Assembly: GCF_001194135.2 (NCBI RefSeq)
Contig: NC_068982.1
Coordinates: 163,501,533-163,565,532, forward strand
Length of the DNA stretch: 64,000 nt
Direction: 5' to 3'
From: Octopus bimaculoides
Lineage: Eukaryota
The position numbers and the translations under genes are program-made. This document shows positions 10,899 through 23,110 of this stretch, piece after piece (the first letter of the stretch is position 1; each line of letters starts with the position of its first letter). Below the pieces are notes generated by a model. That model did not search any database. It saw nothing but the letters and a program-made list of their open reading frames with translations, and was not told where the DNA came from.

Positions 10899-13800
10899 GA
10901 GTACAAGCTGCTAGTTACATCCAGTGCAAATTAAAACCATACACTGGGAAGACAAAGAAAAGGAAGTTGATCCATTGTGGATAAGAATGTGAGGCAACCC
11001 TATAAATCTCATTCATTAATAAAACAATAACCTATACTACAACTAGTTGATTTAATGTCAGAATCGCCATCTGTAAGGGTTGACTGTCCACATCCTCTCA
11101 CTAGTGGTACACTATGCAATACGAATTGAGTCTGCTGAAATGTAAATATGTTGCTTAGCCACATATCAGTTATGACTAAGTAGATCTATGATCTATGGCA
11201 TTCCAGCTATAACCATACTGCTCTCTTTTCCAAACAGTCTATGAAGTATTTCATTATAGAATGTCACTTTTCAATTATAGACAGTATAGGTGGTGTGATG
11301 TGAGTGAAATTAGTAAGTAATTTCTAACACATCATGTGATCATGGAGAGGGTTTTTCATTGGCTCACAGTATATATGTATCATGTGCAGGTATAGTGCAA
11401 CTTCTGTAGTCAATGAGAACACAATATCATTAACAATTGTTTTGCTAGTTTGCAACATTGTGTCTGAACCTTTTACTAGGCTGAGAAAAGGACAAAAAGA
11501 AATGAAACCAATACTGCAATATGTATTCTTTCCTATAATTTAGTAATTATTCATTTTTTATTGTTGTTGTTTTGGAGAGTGTCTCCAAGTTTAAGATAGT
11601 GCAGCTGCTGTGTTTAGCAACTGCAACACCCTTGCAAGTGCAGGAGGGCTTGCAAAGGTATTGAAAACTGCCATTTGACCTGTAAGTAAAGTATCAAAAT
11701 AAATCAAAGATGTTCATTTAGGTTATCATATTGGACTACTATTTATTTGAAGAAACTATTACTCTGCTCTTGAATAGAAAGTACAGGTTGCTATGAGGAA
11801 ATTCTCTAAAGGATTTCTTGAGAAGAACCAGCCTGATTCTAACAATGTATGCAAAAGTGGGAGTGAAGCATCTTCCTTTTCACCAACATAAATTTGGTAT
11901 ACATGGAAGACAGCTAAACAGACTCATGTAAACATGAAAAAGTGGGTGAAACAATGATGATAATGACTGATTGACTAACTGACATACATACATTTTCTTG
12001 ACAAAGTGTAAATTTGTTAACATTGAAAGGTGGCAAACTATACAATGGCCTTGATGTCTTGACAGATACACCAATGTCACATGGCATCAATTTTTCTTGC
12101 AATTTTACAATTTTTAATACACACACACACACACAAATTTTTTGGAATAAATGAGAGGAGCAGACCTCAATACATAAGAGTGTGAAAGTAAACTTTACAG
12201 CTTCTTACCACACAGCCTCTGCCTATGTATACAGACATATATATGCAGACATGGACATGATTGTGTGGTGAAGAAGCTCACTTCGGAACCACAGATTTAG
12301 GGGTTAGGTCCCCTTATAAGAGCACTGTTGGCTGGTACCTTCACAATAGCTGTAATTGAGCAAAATCTGATAAAAAGAAACTGGAAGAAGCTTACATACA
12401 CAAACACATGCACCCACCCACCCACATACATAAATATTTCATATGAATAATGAATAACTATTCTATTTTACTTTTCTTGTCGCAGTTACAATGCAAAACA
12501 TTAAGAGATTGTTGCAGGTGTATATCACATTAAAAATTACAATTATACTACCATTATTTCATGATGCCAAGAAGATTTTATTTCAATATAAAATATCTAC
12601 ATTTTCTATATCTAACAATGTACCAAACACAAAATATGAAACAAAGATTCTACTATATACTTGAATAACCGATAAATAAGCAACAATAAACTCACAAAAG
12701 TTCTAAAATTCTTAAGTTTTAATTTTTGGGATAACCACATACGGATAAACATTTCTTTTGGGAGAAAATAGCAAGGTTATATGTGAGTGTTAGGTTAAGC
12801 TTGTGTCACAGATGAAATAACGAGATTGAGATCAATAGCAAAATTATGAATTTCAGACATGTCCAACCCCTCCGAAAAGGGTAAACCCACTCCCCAACAA
12901 AAAAAAAACAAAAAAACTTAAAATGATTGGACATGATGATGATTATGATGACGATGACGATGGTAATGGCAAAAAAAAGTGAAAGTAAAAACATGGTTTA
13001 ATGGAACTCCCAGAGCAATTAAATGACCATTTTACCGACAGAGGAGAGATACAGAGTTATTAAGGCAATTAAAAATCAAAAGGAGGTAATTTATTTATTT
13101 TTGTTTCTTTCGGTACTTTTCAAAGAGTTAGAGATAGGGGCGTCTGTTCCTGAAATAACCAGTGGAATGCAAGATCAGAAGTGCTTAAAATAGTACATGA
13201 ACAGGAGTTGGGAACAATGCAAGAGAGGAAACAAGGCATAGAATACAAGAGACACCAAATTAGCATGTATATTCTGTCTTCATGAAAATTCTTCATGTAG
13301 CACTGGTGCGATCAATAAAAAGAACTATTGATTGACTAGCCTGGTGATTTGCTAATGAGTCAATATAAATAACTGAGGTATGTGCTCTGAGGAAGATTTC
13401 TATTCATATAACAACAGGATCTTTTACTATTCAATGAAAATCATCTCATAAAGATTTCATAAATAATAAATTTTAATATTCATAATGATGTGATTATCTC
13501 ATGCTTGGAGTTTAGGTTTTTTTTCGTTTAAAAACATTCTTTTTAAGATTTACAAAAACAAGTTTACTAATTTAAAGATATACATATATTTTTCTATAAC
13601 GATTAGTGTTAATAACAAAACCAGCAGCTACAAAATTAAATTAAAAAGGCAGGAATAACAAATGATATCTAAAGTGAAGAATGAATGGGTAAAATATTCA
13701 GGATGCTTGCAGCATGAAATATTCAAATCTAAAGTGGTTTAGGTAGTGGCTTGCATTTATTGGAGTAAATTTGGATCCACAACAAACTAAACTATTTACA

Positions 13801-14680
13801 GTTCTGTTTTTGATTTTACATTTGTTTACTTCAAATTGGAATAAGCTGCACAAACATTATTTTAAAGTAAGTGATTCTGTAGAAAAAGGTTCTGGTGTTG
13901 TGGTTCTGTAGCTCCAATTTGAAGTTATGTTGCATAACTTCAGCTGTTGTTTAGCACCAAAATCACCCTCACTGAGCAAATCTATGATAAAAACAAAACA
14001 GTGCATCTTTGACTATCCTGTATTTTATACAGACAATGTACTCAGGGTTATATTATTAAATACATTTTTCCTTCTTTAAGGTTGTATGTAGGGTGTGATT
14101 TCAAGGAAACTTGGCTGCTATTTCTTGTTTGATCAAGTAATTTTGTAAAGGTTTCCTCTTTGCCTCATGTAGCTTCAGTTTATAGCATGTGGTGTTGAGT
14201 AACTTCTATCTGAATTAAGGGACAGTGTTGTGTAGCCTCAGTGCTCTACTTTGAAGCAGCTGTCTTATAATGTTTTGTCAAGAGGTGTTTTGTAGAGCTA
14301 GATTAAAGTTGGCAGCAGAAACAAAAATGGCAGCAAGTGGGATGTGAGGTTTGGGGTAGTAACAGCCTCACCCCTCCCGTCCTGGATGCAGGGGTGAAGG
14401 GGGTGAAAATTACCAATTAATTAAAGGAGGGAACTTGTGACTTTTGCTCTCAGTTGCTGAGAACCCTTACTACATGACTGGATGGTAGTAGTAGTGCAGT
14501 TCAAGAATGGAGATATTTTATAACTTTATATAGGTGTTTTACAACTTTGTCATTCATAAAAATAATAATGATTTCTTTTATTGGTCACAAGGGCACAAAA
14601 CATAGAAGACAATATCAAAGGACAACATGATCACCTGATCAGGAAATAGAACAGGCAACTGTTTCTAGTGTAACAAACAG

Positions 14681-14752
14681 AGTCACTTGGTTGACCTTTT
14701 AGGGTCAAAGGTATCTATCCTTCTGACCCTGAATAGGTCAGCTCTACTGACT
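14681..14752 (+). ncRNA. Pre-miRNA-like hairpin (candidate only)
   Basis: Manual fold: 23-bp upper stem with three G-U pairs and two single-nt bulges, 7-nt loop (14712-14718), internal loop, 5-bp basal stem agtca/tgact. No known mature miRNA recognised. Confidence 0.3.
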
Positions 14753-16099
14753 TCATGGGATAGGGAAATGAAAGAACGGCAGTTATGAATTTGTTGTATA
14801 CTTTATATACATTGGATATTTTAGTTATAAAAATGAAAAGCTATAAACACAAGTTGTCAGTTACTGCTGTAGTGAATCTCTCAATGAAACCAACCATCTA
14901 TCTACCATTACCCTGATATGTCTGTGTGTCTTTCTCTCTCTCTCTCTCTGTAAACACACATACATACATGCAGGGTGTTATAATGACTCTGAATTTGCAT
15001 TAAGTGAACCAACAGAAATAAAAATAAACAGTAATAAAAACAACAACAGTAATAAAAATAAAAACATCAAGCTATCCATAAAACATTTACAGTCAGTGGT
15101 GGGATTTGGCCACTGTCCCTCCCAAATTAAATTATGACATAGAGCAGTATTTATGGATGAACTAAACATTGTTTGATTCCCAAACGAATATAAAGTGAAA
15201 AATAAAAAGAATGTTTCCAAGCATAGCAACTAAGCATTATTATTTTTGGCATCTCAAAACACATTGTGAAAAATTAGTATTAATAAATATGGATAAAGTT
15301 AAAGCTGAATATCAAACTAGCAAAACAGAATGACTACTGTTACTGCACACCTGTCTTCTAAGAGATCAACAAATTCTTTCATTTTCACTTTTACTTTACA
15401 ATATGGTTAGCTTTCCTTCTTATCAATACTTGATTCATATACAGTTTCAGTAAACACCATAAGAATGGAGTTGACCATGACATGAGATGTACAGCTATGG
15501 ACACTGTAAGATGTTATGGTGTAAATCATCACTCACTTTTTGTGCTTGTAATTTTCATATCCCAAATTCTATAAACAATTTTTCCAGCTTTGCAAACTTT
15601 ATTACCCATAGTTTTACACATTTTTCTACTCCTCAGTCTCAGTTACTTTCCTTGATAACATCGTTATTTTCATTACCAAACCTGCTGGCTTTCCAAAGTC
15701 AACAGTACTTGTACTTACTAGCTTCCATATGAACTATACAACTAGCTATCTTGCTTCCTTACCTCCTGTAAACAACTTTTCAGTTAACTAAAAATAAAAA
15801 ATAAATCAACTACACAATTTTCTTAATATTATTCAATACCACTTTCTTATTTGATTTAGCTCTTCAGTTTATCCCTTAATTTTTAAAATCAAGTATCAAG
15901 TGAAAAAAAAAGAAAAAACAAAGCAGACCAAACATTTATCTACTGATTATATTTCCTTATTTGTCATGACACTGTGAGAAATAGCTCCTCTCAGTAGAAG
16001 TCATCAACAAAATCCCTTTATATCTCTGACTAGTATCATCTATCATCTTACATACTTGTTCTCTGTTAGTACAAAAATCAGAACAGAATCCAAGAAATA

Positions 16100-16415
16100 C
16101 ATCATCATCATCGTTTAACGCCTGCTTTCCATGCTAGCATGGGTTGGACGATTTGACTGAGGACTGGTGAACCAGGTGGCTGCACCAGGCTCCAATCTGA
16201 TTTGGCAGAGTTTCTACAGCTGGATGCCTTTCCTAACGCCAACCACTCCAAGAGTGTAGTAGGCGCTTTTACATGCCACCAGCACGAAGGCCAGTCAGGT
16301 GGTACTGGCAACAGCCATGCTCGAAATGGTGTATTTCACGTCCACCTGCACAGGAGCCAGTCCAGTGGCACTGGCAAAGATCTCGCTCAAATGTCTTTAC
16401 ACATGCCACCGGCAC
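16100..16415 (-). mobile_element. SINE-like family A copy
   Basis: catcatcatcgtttaacgcctgctttccatgctagcatgggttggacgatttgactgaggactggtg...cagctggatgcctttcctaacgccaaccactcc. Confidence 0.9.
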
Positions 16416-16664
16416 AAGTGACAGTCTTGTATTTTATATATGGCTTAATGAAAGGAAGATGGATTCCACCAAGTGATGTTTTGTTCTGCATCTGAGACTA
16501 AAAGTTGTGGAAGAGAAAGAAGAAAACTACAAACTCTTGAGTTGTTACAGTTGGAGTCAACACTCCAAGACATCTGGTTATCCTCAGATTACAGATCTGA
16601 TCTAAATGCTTGCAACATAGTGAACTCTGCTAAAGTCACCTGAGGGCTCAGTGGTAATACTGGT

Positions 16665-16862
16665 TTCAAGTTTTGGCACAACTTCGGTGGGTAGGGGTAA
16701 GTTGATAACATCGACTCCAGTGTTCAACTGGTACTTATTTTATTGAGCCTGCAAGTGCGAAAGGCAAAGTTGACCTGAGCAGAATTTGAACTCAGAAGCT
16801 AAACTCGGATGAAATGTCACTAAGCATTTTGTCCTGGTAAGCTAACGATTCTGCCAGCTTGC
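16665..16862 (-). mobile_element. SINE family B copy
   Basis: ttcaactggtacttattttattgagcctgcaagtgcgaaaggcaaagttgacctgagcagaatttgaactcag...aacgattctgccagcttgcc. Confidence 0.8.
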
Positions 16863-17348
16863 CAACTGGTAATATCAAACGGAGCAACAGACTAAAATAT
16901 TACTTTCACTATGTCCCAGTAAGCTATGCATGTTTGCTCTCAGTTGCATACGACAGTGGGCTACAGGGCAGGACACTCATAACATTCTTCTTGAACAAAA
17001 CAAGGTTACCTTTTTATAGCAGTCAATTTGTCTATATCAACAATATTTGGATAGCCCTGGAATATATAATATTCAAACCAGTTGCAAAACCAACACAATG
17101 CAACGATTACAAGACGGCTATTTAATCAGCAAACCTGTTGTTGCTGATGTTTTACCTGCCTACTACACTGCCAATACAGACAATCTTGTTGACCATTTTC
17201 TTTCCCCAATGATAAATTTTCACATTATGTCTTGCTAATTTTACTTTTCTTACACACCTCACACTATTCCCAATTCTCTACCATAGGTGTATTGACGTAT
17301 TTCACCTGTTTGTTTCTTTGCAAGTTAAATTTCTATATGTCTGTCAGT

Positions 17349-17404
<56 letters not shown>

Positions 17405-18552
17405 CTGTTGTTAATAATAATAATATATCTATATCATATTGTTCCTCTTCCTAACAATTCAGCACAGCCCACCCCACCCAACATAAACTTGCAAACAACC
17501 ATATATGCATCCATTTCTACATTGTCACCAACATCCCCTCAACCACCACCAGCACAACCACCGTCTTCCAGTTCCTCCTAGGCTTCTTCTTTCTCTTCAC
17601 TAGCCATTCTATCACAAATCTACAAGAGTAATATCAAACGTTCTTCTCAATGCTTTCTTCGAACGAAGAAAATATAAGAAAAAAAAATAAAGAAAAGGAC
17701 ACACAACAAACACACAAAGAAACCCATATACATAACTAAATCAAAATGAAACAAAACAAAAATAAAGAATAAAAGTAAAAGTAAGTGTGGTGTGGGAGTG
17801 GAAACCTTCACTATAAAGATATAGATGTTTGTTGAGGAAAGAAATCTTTAGTGGCGAGGGGTGGGGGAAGTTAAAATCGTGCAACAATGTTTTGCAAGAG
17901 GAATTTAGTGAAGTGTATTCAACCTTGCTAGTTAAATGACTAGTACGATGTAGAATTGTGACATAACAAAGAGAGAGAGAGGGGGGGGGGAGAAAGAAAG
18001 AGAGATGAAAGAGAGGGCAGCAAAAGAGGGAGAGAAAGAAAGAAAAAAATATGTGTGTATGGGGGAGGGTAATAGCAAAAGAAAGAGGAGAAAACATAAG
18101 GGGGGGGAAAGGGGGAGTAAGTGGGTAAGAAACTTATATGTAGAAGAATACTAAACGGAGGGGATTATTTTCGAAGAAATGGAATATATGTTTGAATTTC
18201 CGGTATTGGATTAAATAAATGAAATAGAAAATAAATAATAAAGTAAATAAAAACAAATTGGAATATCTAGAAAACAGATGTAGATAGAATATGTTTAGTG
18301 GAGGAGAAGAATTTTTCCTTTCTTGTTTTCTCTCATGCAAATCCTCTACAAGTTTATATACACACAGACACTAGTAATACATATATACATACATACACAC
18401 ACACACACACAAAATGATTATGCATATATATATTATATATCGTTCAAATATATCATACATATCATTGTTATTATTGCATATATTTATTCATATATAAATA
18501 ATATATAAAAAATATAAATATATTGTCATTATGTCATTTGTATCATTATTTA

Positions 18553-18583
<31 letters not shown>

Positions 18584-18589
18584 CTCTTA

Positions 18590-18866
18590 CTCTTTTACTC
18601 TTTTACTTGTTTCAATCTTTTGACTGTGGCCATGCTGGAGCACCGCCTTTTAGTCGAGCAAATCGACCCCAGGACTTATTCTTTAGAAGCCTAGTACTTA
18701 TTCTATCAAACTCTTTTGCCGAACCGCTAAGTTACGGGGACATAAACACACCAGCATCGGTTGTCAAGCGATGTTGGGGGGACAAACACGCACATACAAA
18801 CATACACACACACATACATATATATATATATACATATATACGACGGGCTTCTTTCAGTTTCCGTCT
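18590..18866 (-). mobile_element. SINE family C copy, young (CpGs retained), truncated by gap
   Basis: gactgtggccatgctggagcaccgccttttagtcgagcaaatcgaccccaggac...cgacgggcttctttcagtttccgtct. Confidence 0.9.
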
Positions 18867-18965
18867 NNNNNNNNNNNNNNNNNNNNNNNNNNNNNNNNNN
18901 NNNNNNNNNNNNNNNNNNNNNNNNNNNNNNNNNNNNNNNNNNNNNNNNNNNNNNNNNNNNNNNNN

Positions 18966-19016
<51 letters not shown>

Positions 19017-19634
19017 TATAATATATATATACATCACTGTCATTGCCACCATCACCATCATCATCATTTAAGTCCTTCTTCCAGGTTGATATGGGTTGGA
19101 TGGTTTGACAGGAGCTGGCAAGGTAAAGAGCTGCATCAGCTCCTATCAGACTGTCCAACTTACTCCAGCATGGAAGACAGATGTTAAATGATGGCTGTGA
19201 TGACGATGATATATATATATATATAATTATATTTATATGAATATGTAGATATGCACACACACACACACACATATATGATGAATGTATGTGCTTATGAATA
19301 AATGGTTATGTCACACACACACACACGTATCATTGTTGACAGGAACTTCACATAAAATTTGACTCAACTGTCAGTATTGAGTCCTCCTATTAGTAAATCC
19401 TCTATTGTTATTGCTATTATTTTCACTTTGCTTTGAAATAATAAACCTCAATTTAGCATTATTTTTACACGTGAAATCTATACAGAGAAAGTTTTTCCAC
19501 TGCGATAAAATCTTATAGCAAATGGCTTTTCATGTTTTATAGTACAAAAGTGTGTCAAATATAAATCTACACCTCTTTGTGTGTGCATGTGTGTGTGTGT
19601 GTGTGTGTGTGTATGCCTGTATGTGTGTGTGTAC

Positions 19635-19683
<49 letters not shown>

Positions 19684-20153
19684 NNNNNNNNNNNNNNNNN
19701 NNNNNNNNNNNNNNNNNNNNNNNNNNNNNNNNNNNNNNNNNNNNNNNNNNNNNNNNNNNNNNNNNNNNNNNNNNNNNNNNNNNNNNNNNNNNNNNNNNNN
19801 NNNNNNNNNNNNNNNNNNNNNNNNNNNNNNNNNNNNNNNNNNNNNNNNNNNNNNNNNNNNNNNNNNNNNNNNNNNNNNNNNNNNNNNNNNNNNNNNNNNN
19901 NNNNNNNNNNNNNNNNNNNNNNNNNNNNNNNNNNNNNNNNNNNNNNNNNNNNNNNNNNNNNNNNNNNNNNNNNNNNNNNNNNNNNNNNNNNNNNNNNNNN
20001 NNNNNNNNNNNNNNNNNNNNNNNNNNNNNNNNNNNNNNNNNNNNNNNNNNNNNNNNNNNNNNNNNNNNNNNNNNNNNNNNNNNNNNNNNNNNNNNNNNNN
20101 NNNNNNNNNNNNNNNNNNNNNNNNNNNNNNNNNNNNNNNNNNNNNNNNNNNNN

Positions 20154-20201
<48 letters not shown>

Positions 20202-21185
20202 GACAGGCAAAGAAAGAGAGAGAAAGAGAAGCAGACACAGAGAGAGAGACACTATTACATGACAGCATAAAAGAAAAAAGACAAAAGAGAAGCCAGTAAA
20301 AGTGGAAGCAATATAAAATAATGTAAAACAATTGTTGAAAATAAATATATAAAGCAATAATAATTATTGAGATGAAGCATTATAACAAAACAAAACAAAA
20401 CAAAAAAGAAGGAAAAAGTTTGCCTGAATCTAATTTGTTTTCTTCTAATGGCAGAAAGTCATTGAGCTTTAAACTAAATAATCTGAAAGATTGGTAAACA
20501 AAGAAATTAAAGAAGCCTAAAGCCTAAAATAATTGCAAAACCAAATAGAAATTCTTAACACACAGGAATTTCAAGAAGGTCAAAAATCATCATTGTTATC
20601 GTTACCAGCATCATTATGCTGCTCACTAACGACTAACATTGTGACTATCATTCTTCTGGTCTTCCAGATCATCAAGATCAACAGAGTTATTATATTTATC
20701 TTCCTCCACCATATCACTATTCTCATGTTGATAATCAACCTTCATGATCTTGAAGATAATAGTTATCATAAATGACAACAACAATAGCCGCCACCACCAT
20801 CACTGTTACCAACATTATTAAAGCAATGATGATGAAAGTGATGATGATGTTTATTTCTTTATTTGTAACACTAAACCTATGATATTACTGGAAACAAATA
20901 AACAGATAAGCTATCTGTAGGGATTTTTGTTGCTCATAAACACATCAATTTGAATCATGATAACCTTTTTAGCTCCACACTGGGCTTATTCCATACTATA
21001 NNNNNNNNNNNNNNNNNNNNNNNNNNNNNNNNNNNNNNNNNNNNNNNNNNNNNNNNNNNNNNNNNNNNNNNNNNNNNNNNNNNNNNNNNNNNNNNNNNNN
21101 NNNNNNNNNNNNNNNNNNNNNNNNNNNNNNNNNNNNNNNNNNNNNNNNNNNNNNNNNNNNNNNNNNNNNNNNNNNNNNNNNNNNN

Positions 21186-21995
21186 GATATATTTACCAAA
21201 ATTACATAAAAAATATCTTGAAATACTAAAGAGTAAATTTATTCAATAAAATCGCGATTGGCTTTGACCACGGCCTCCAGATGACTTTGGAATCTCCTGC
21301 AACTCTTCTGGATGGTCTCCTTTTTTAAATTGGTGAATACTGCCATAATCCTTAAGTTCAGATAACCTTTGGTGTTACAAGGAGTTTTGTTGGTCTCTTG
21401 CTTAAGTGCGCCCCACACATAACAATCAAGGGAGTTGCAGTCTGGGGAGTTAGGTGGCCAGATGTTAGGGGTGATGTGGTCACAGAAATTGTCTGAGAGT
21501 CATGACTGGGTTCACCTGCTTTTGTGGTATGGTGCAGAGTCTTGTTGCCAGATACAGGGTCTTCCAGCAGCCACCCTCTTGACACAGGGCAGCACTACCT
21601 CCTCCAGGCACTTGATGTAGGTCTCCGTGTTGAGTCTGAGGTCATATCGGAAGATGAATGGAGGCATAATGTTGCCATTACTAGTGGTCACTCCAAACAC
21701 CATGATGTTGCCTGGATGTTTGATTTTTATCACTCTCAGTGCATGCACTGTCATCAGATTGACACCCAAACACTCTGAAATGTTTGTATTGGAGCTTCCG
21801 GTGTGAATACCAAGAAGTACAGTATGTCGTTTCCAAATTTCTGGCGGAGTGAATTGCATTATGGTGCTGTTTTTCTCACAGATGGTGCCCATCTGACCCT
21901 ACTATACTGTGTAGTTGACAAAATCAAAACTAAAAAATGTGCATACACGAAATTAAATATATAAAATGGCAACAATTTACCCATTGCACCCTCTG
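21186..21995 (-). mobile_element. maT-like (DD37D, IS630-Tc1-mariner superfamily) transposon, internally deleted pseudogene
   Basis: Relic frame 21892 to 21239 reads ...KHPGNIMVFGVTTSNG...WQQDSAPYHKSR*TQS*LSDNFCDHITPNIWPPNSPDCNSLDCYVWG...KANRDFIE*. I count 37 residues between the QQD and SLD aspartates. There are two in-frame stops and the first catalytic D region is missing. Terminus CAGAGGGTGCAATGGG sits next to TA (21996-21997). The other end is in the N gap. Confidence 0.9.
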
Positions 21996-22329
21996 TATAT
22001 ATATTTGCTGCTTTTGTTTACAAATACCAAGAAGAAATCTTGTGGAAAAGCCATTATGTTAACTAAGATACATCTTGTAATCACCTGAGGAGACACATCT
22101 ACACAGACAGACACACCTTAACCAGATGTTCAGTATCCCACCTGTGAGGGATTGATGCTAGATGGGTCAAAACAATTGTAGTGGTCAATAAAATTTCTTC
22201 TATCTTCCATCTCTCTCACTAATCAAATATCCAACAAACACTGAGAAAATGAAAGTGCTTTACCAATAAACTACCCGGTGTATACCATACAATTTATTAA
22301 CTAATATATATATATATATATGATAATAA

Positions 22330-22525
22330 CAACAAGACCTGAAATTTTGTGGGAGGGGGCTAGTCAATAGCATTGACCCCAGTGCTCAACTGGAACTTAT
22401 TTTATCAATCCCAAAAGGATGAAAGGCAAAGCTGGCCATGGTGTAATTTGAACTTAGAATGTAAAACTAGAAAAAATGCCATGAAGCATTTTGTCCAGCA
22501 TGCTAATAATTCTGCCAGCTTGCAG
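22330..22525 (-). mobile_element. SINE family B copy
   Basis: ctcaactggaacttattttatcaatcccaaaaggatgaaaggcaaagctggccatggtgtaatttgaacttagaatg...aattctgccagcttgc. Confidence 0.8.
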
Positions 22526-22544
22526 CCTTAATAATGATAATCCT

Positions 22545-22740
22545 TTCTACTATAGACATTAGGCCTGAAATTCCAAGAGAGGAGGCAAGTTGATTACATT
22601 GTGCTCAACTGGTAATTATTTTATCAGCCCTGAAAGGATGAAAGGCAAAGTCAACCTCAGTGGAATTTGAACTCAGAATGTAAAGATGGATGAAATGCTG
22701 CTAATCATTTTGTCAAGCATGTTAAAGATTCTTGCCTTCG
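22545..22740 (-). mobile_element. SINE family B copy (tandem with the previous one)
   Basis: ctcaactggtaattattttatcagccctgaaaggatgaaaggcaaagtcaacctcagtggaatttgaactcagaatg. Confidence 0.8.
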
Positions 22741-22924
22741 AGCTGCTGTCAGGCTTGAAATGATTCAGAAGACAGCATTCTAAGGAGTATATTGTCTCTT
22801 TGGGTCACAAGAGAAGGCACTACTTGAAACTTTTGGTGATTTGTTGTTGCCTGCTTTCAAGTACAGAACAACTGCAAATAGAACAGCGGGAATCAAAACA
22901 ACAACAACAATAATAATACTTGCA

Positions 22925-23110
22925 AGATCATGCGCTGTTTATCTTGATATGAGATCACCATTTCGCGCACATATGGTTGTGATGCATTTGCCCGGTGTAC
23001 CCTTATCAGACGGGTAGTCATGATGAGTATACTGGGCTTTGTATATTTTACCCCAGTGTCACTTTGATGGCATGCACTGCTCTCTCACTCAATAATAATA
23101 ATAATAATAA
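22925..23110 (+). mobile_element. GC-richer interspersed repeat ending in (AAT)n tail (SINE-like or LINE 3' end)
   Basis: tgtttatcttgatatgagatcaccatttcgcgcacatatggttgtgatgc...gcactgctctctcactcaataataataat. Recalled as a common octopus repeat, single copy here. Confidence 0.55.

Noticed and set aside
10553-10984. SL- or RE-rich ORFs
   Set aside because: Frames of the (GA)n polypurine tract and a SINE.
11591-11679. Possible terminal minus-strand exon (GQMAVFNTFASPPALARVLQLLNTAAALS*)
   Set aside because: Phase-compatible with 15763-15787 only at the 1-in-3 level, and part of it resembles sequence near 29395, suggesting an old repeat.
17010-17056. Minus-strand exon-like stretch ttccag|GYPNIVDIDKLTAIK|gtaacc
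   Set aside because: Weak donor and no homology recognised. Not distinguishable from chance without RNA data.
18523-20357. Long ORFs of 160-275 aa
   Set aside because: Open only because of N gaps and (TA)/(CA)/(GA) tracts. The same applies at 25509-26802, 28257-29225, 35604-36044, 39604-40127, 46256-47314, 49291-49889, 56231-56779 and 60049-60337.
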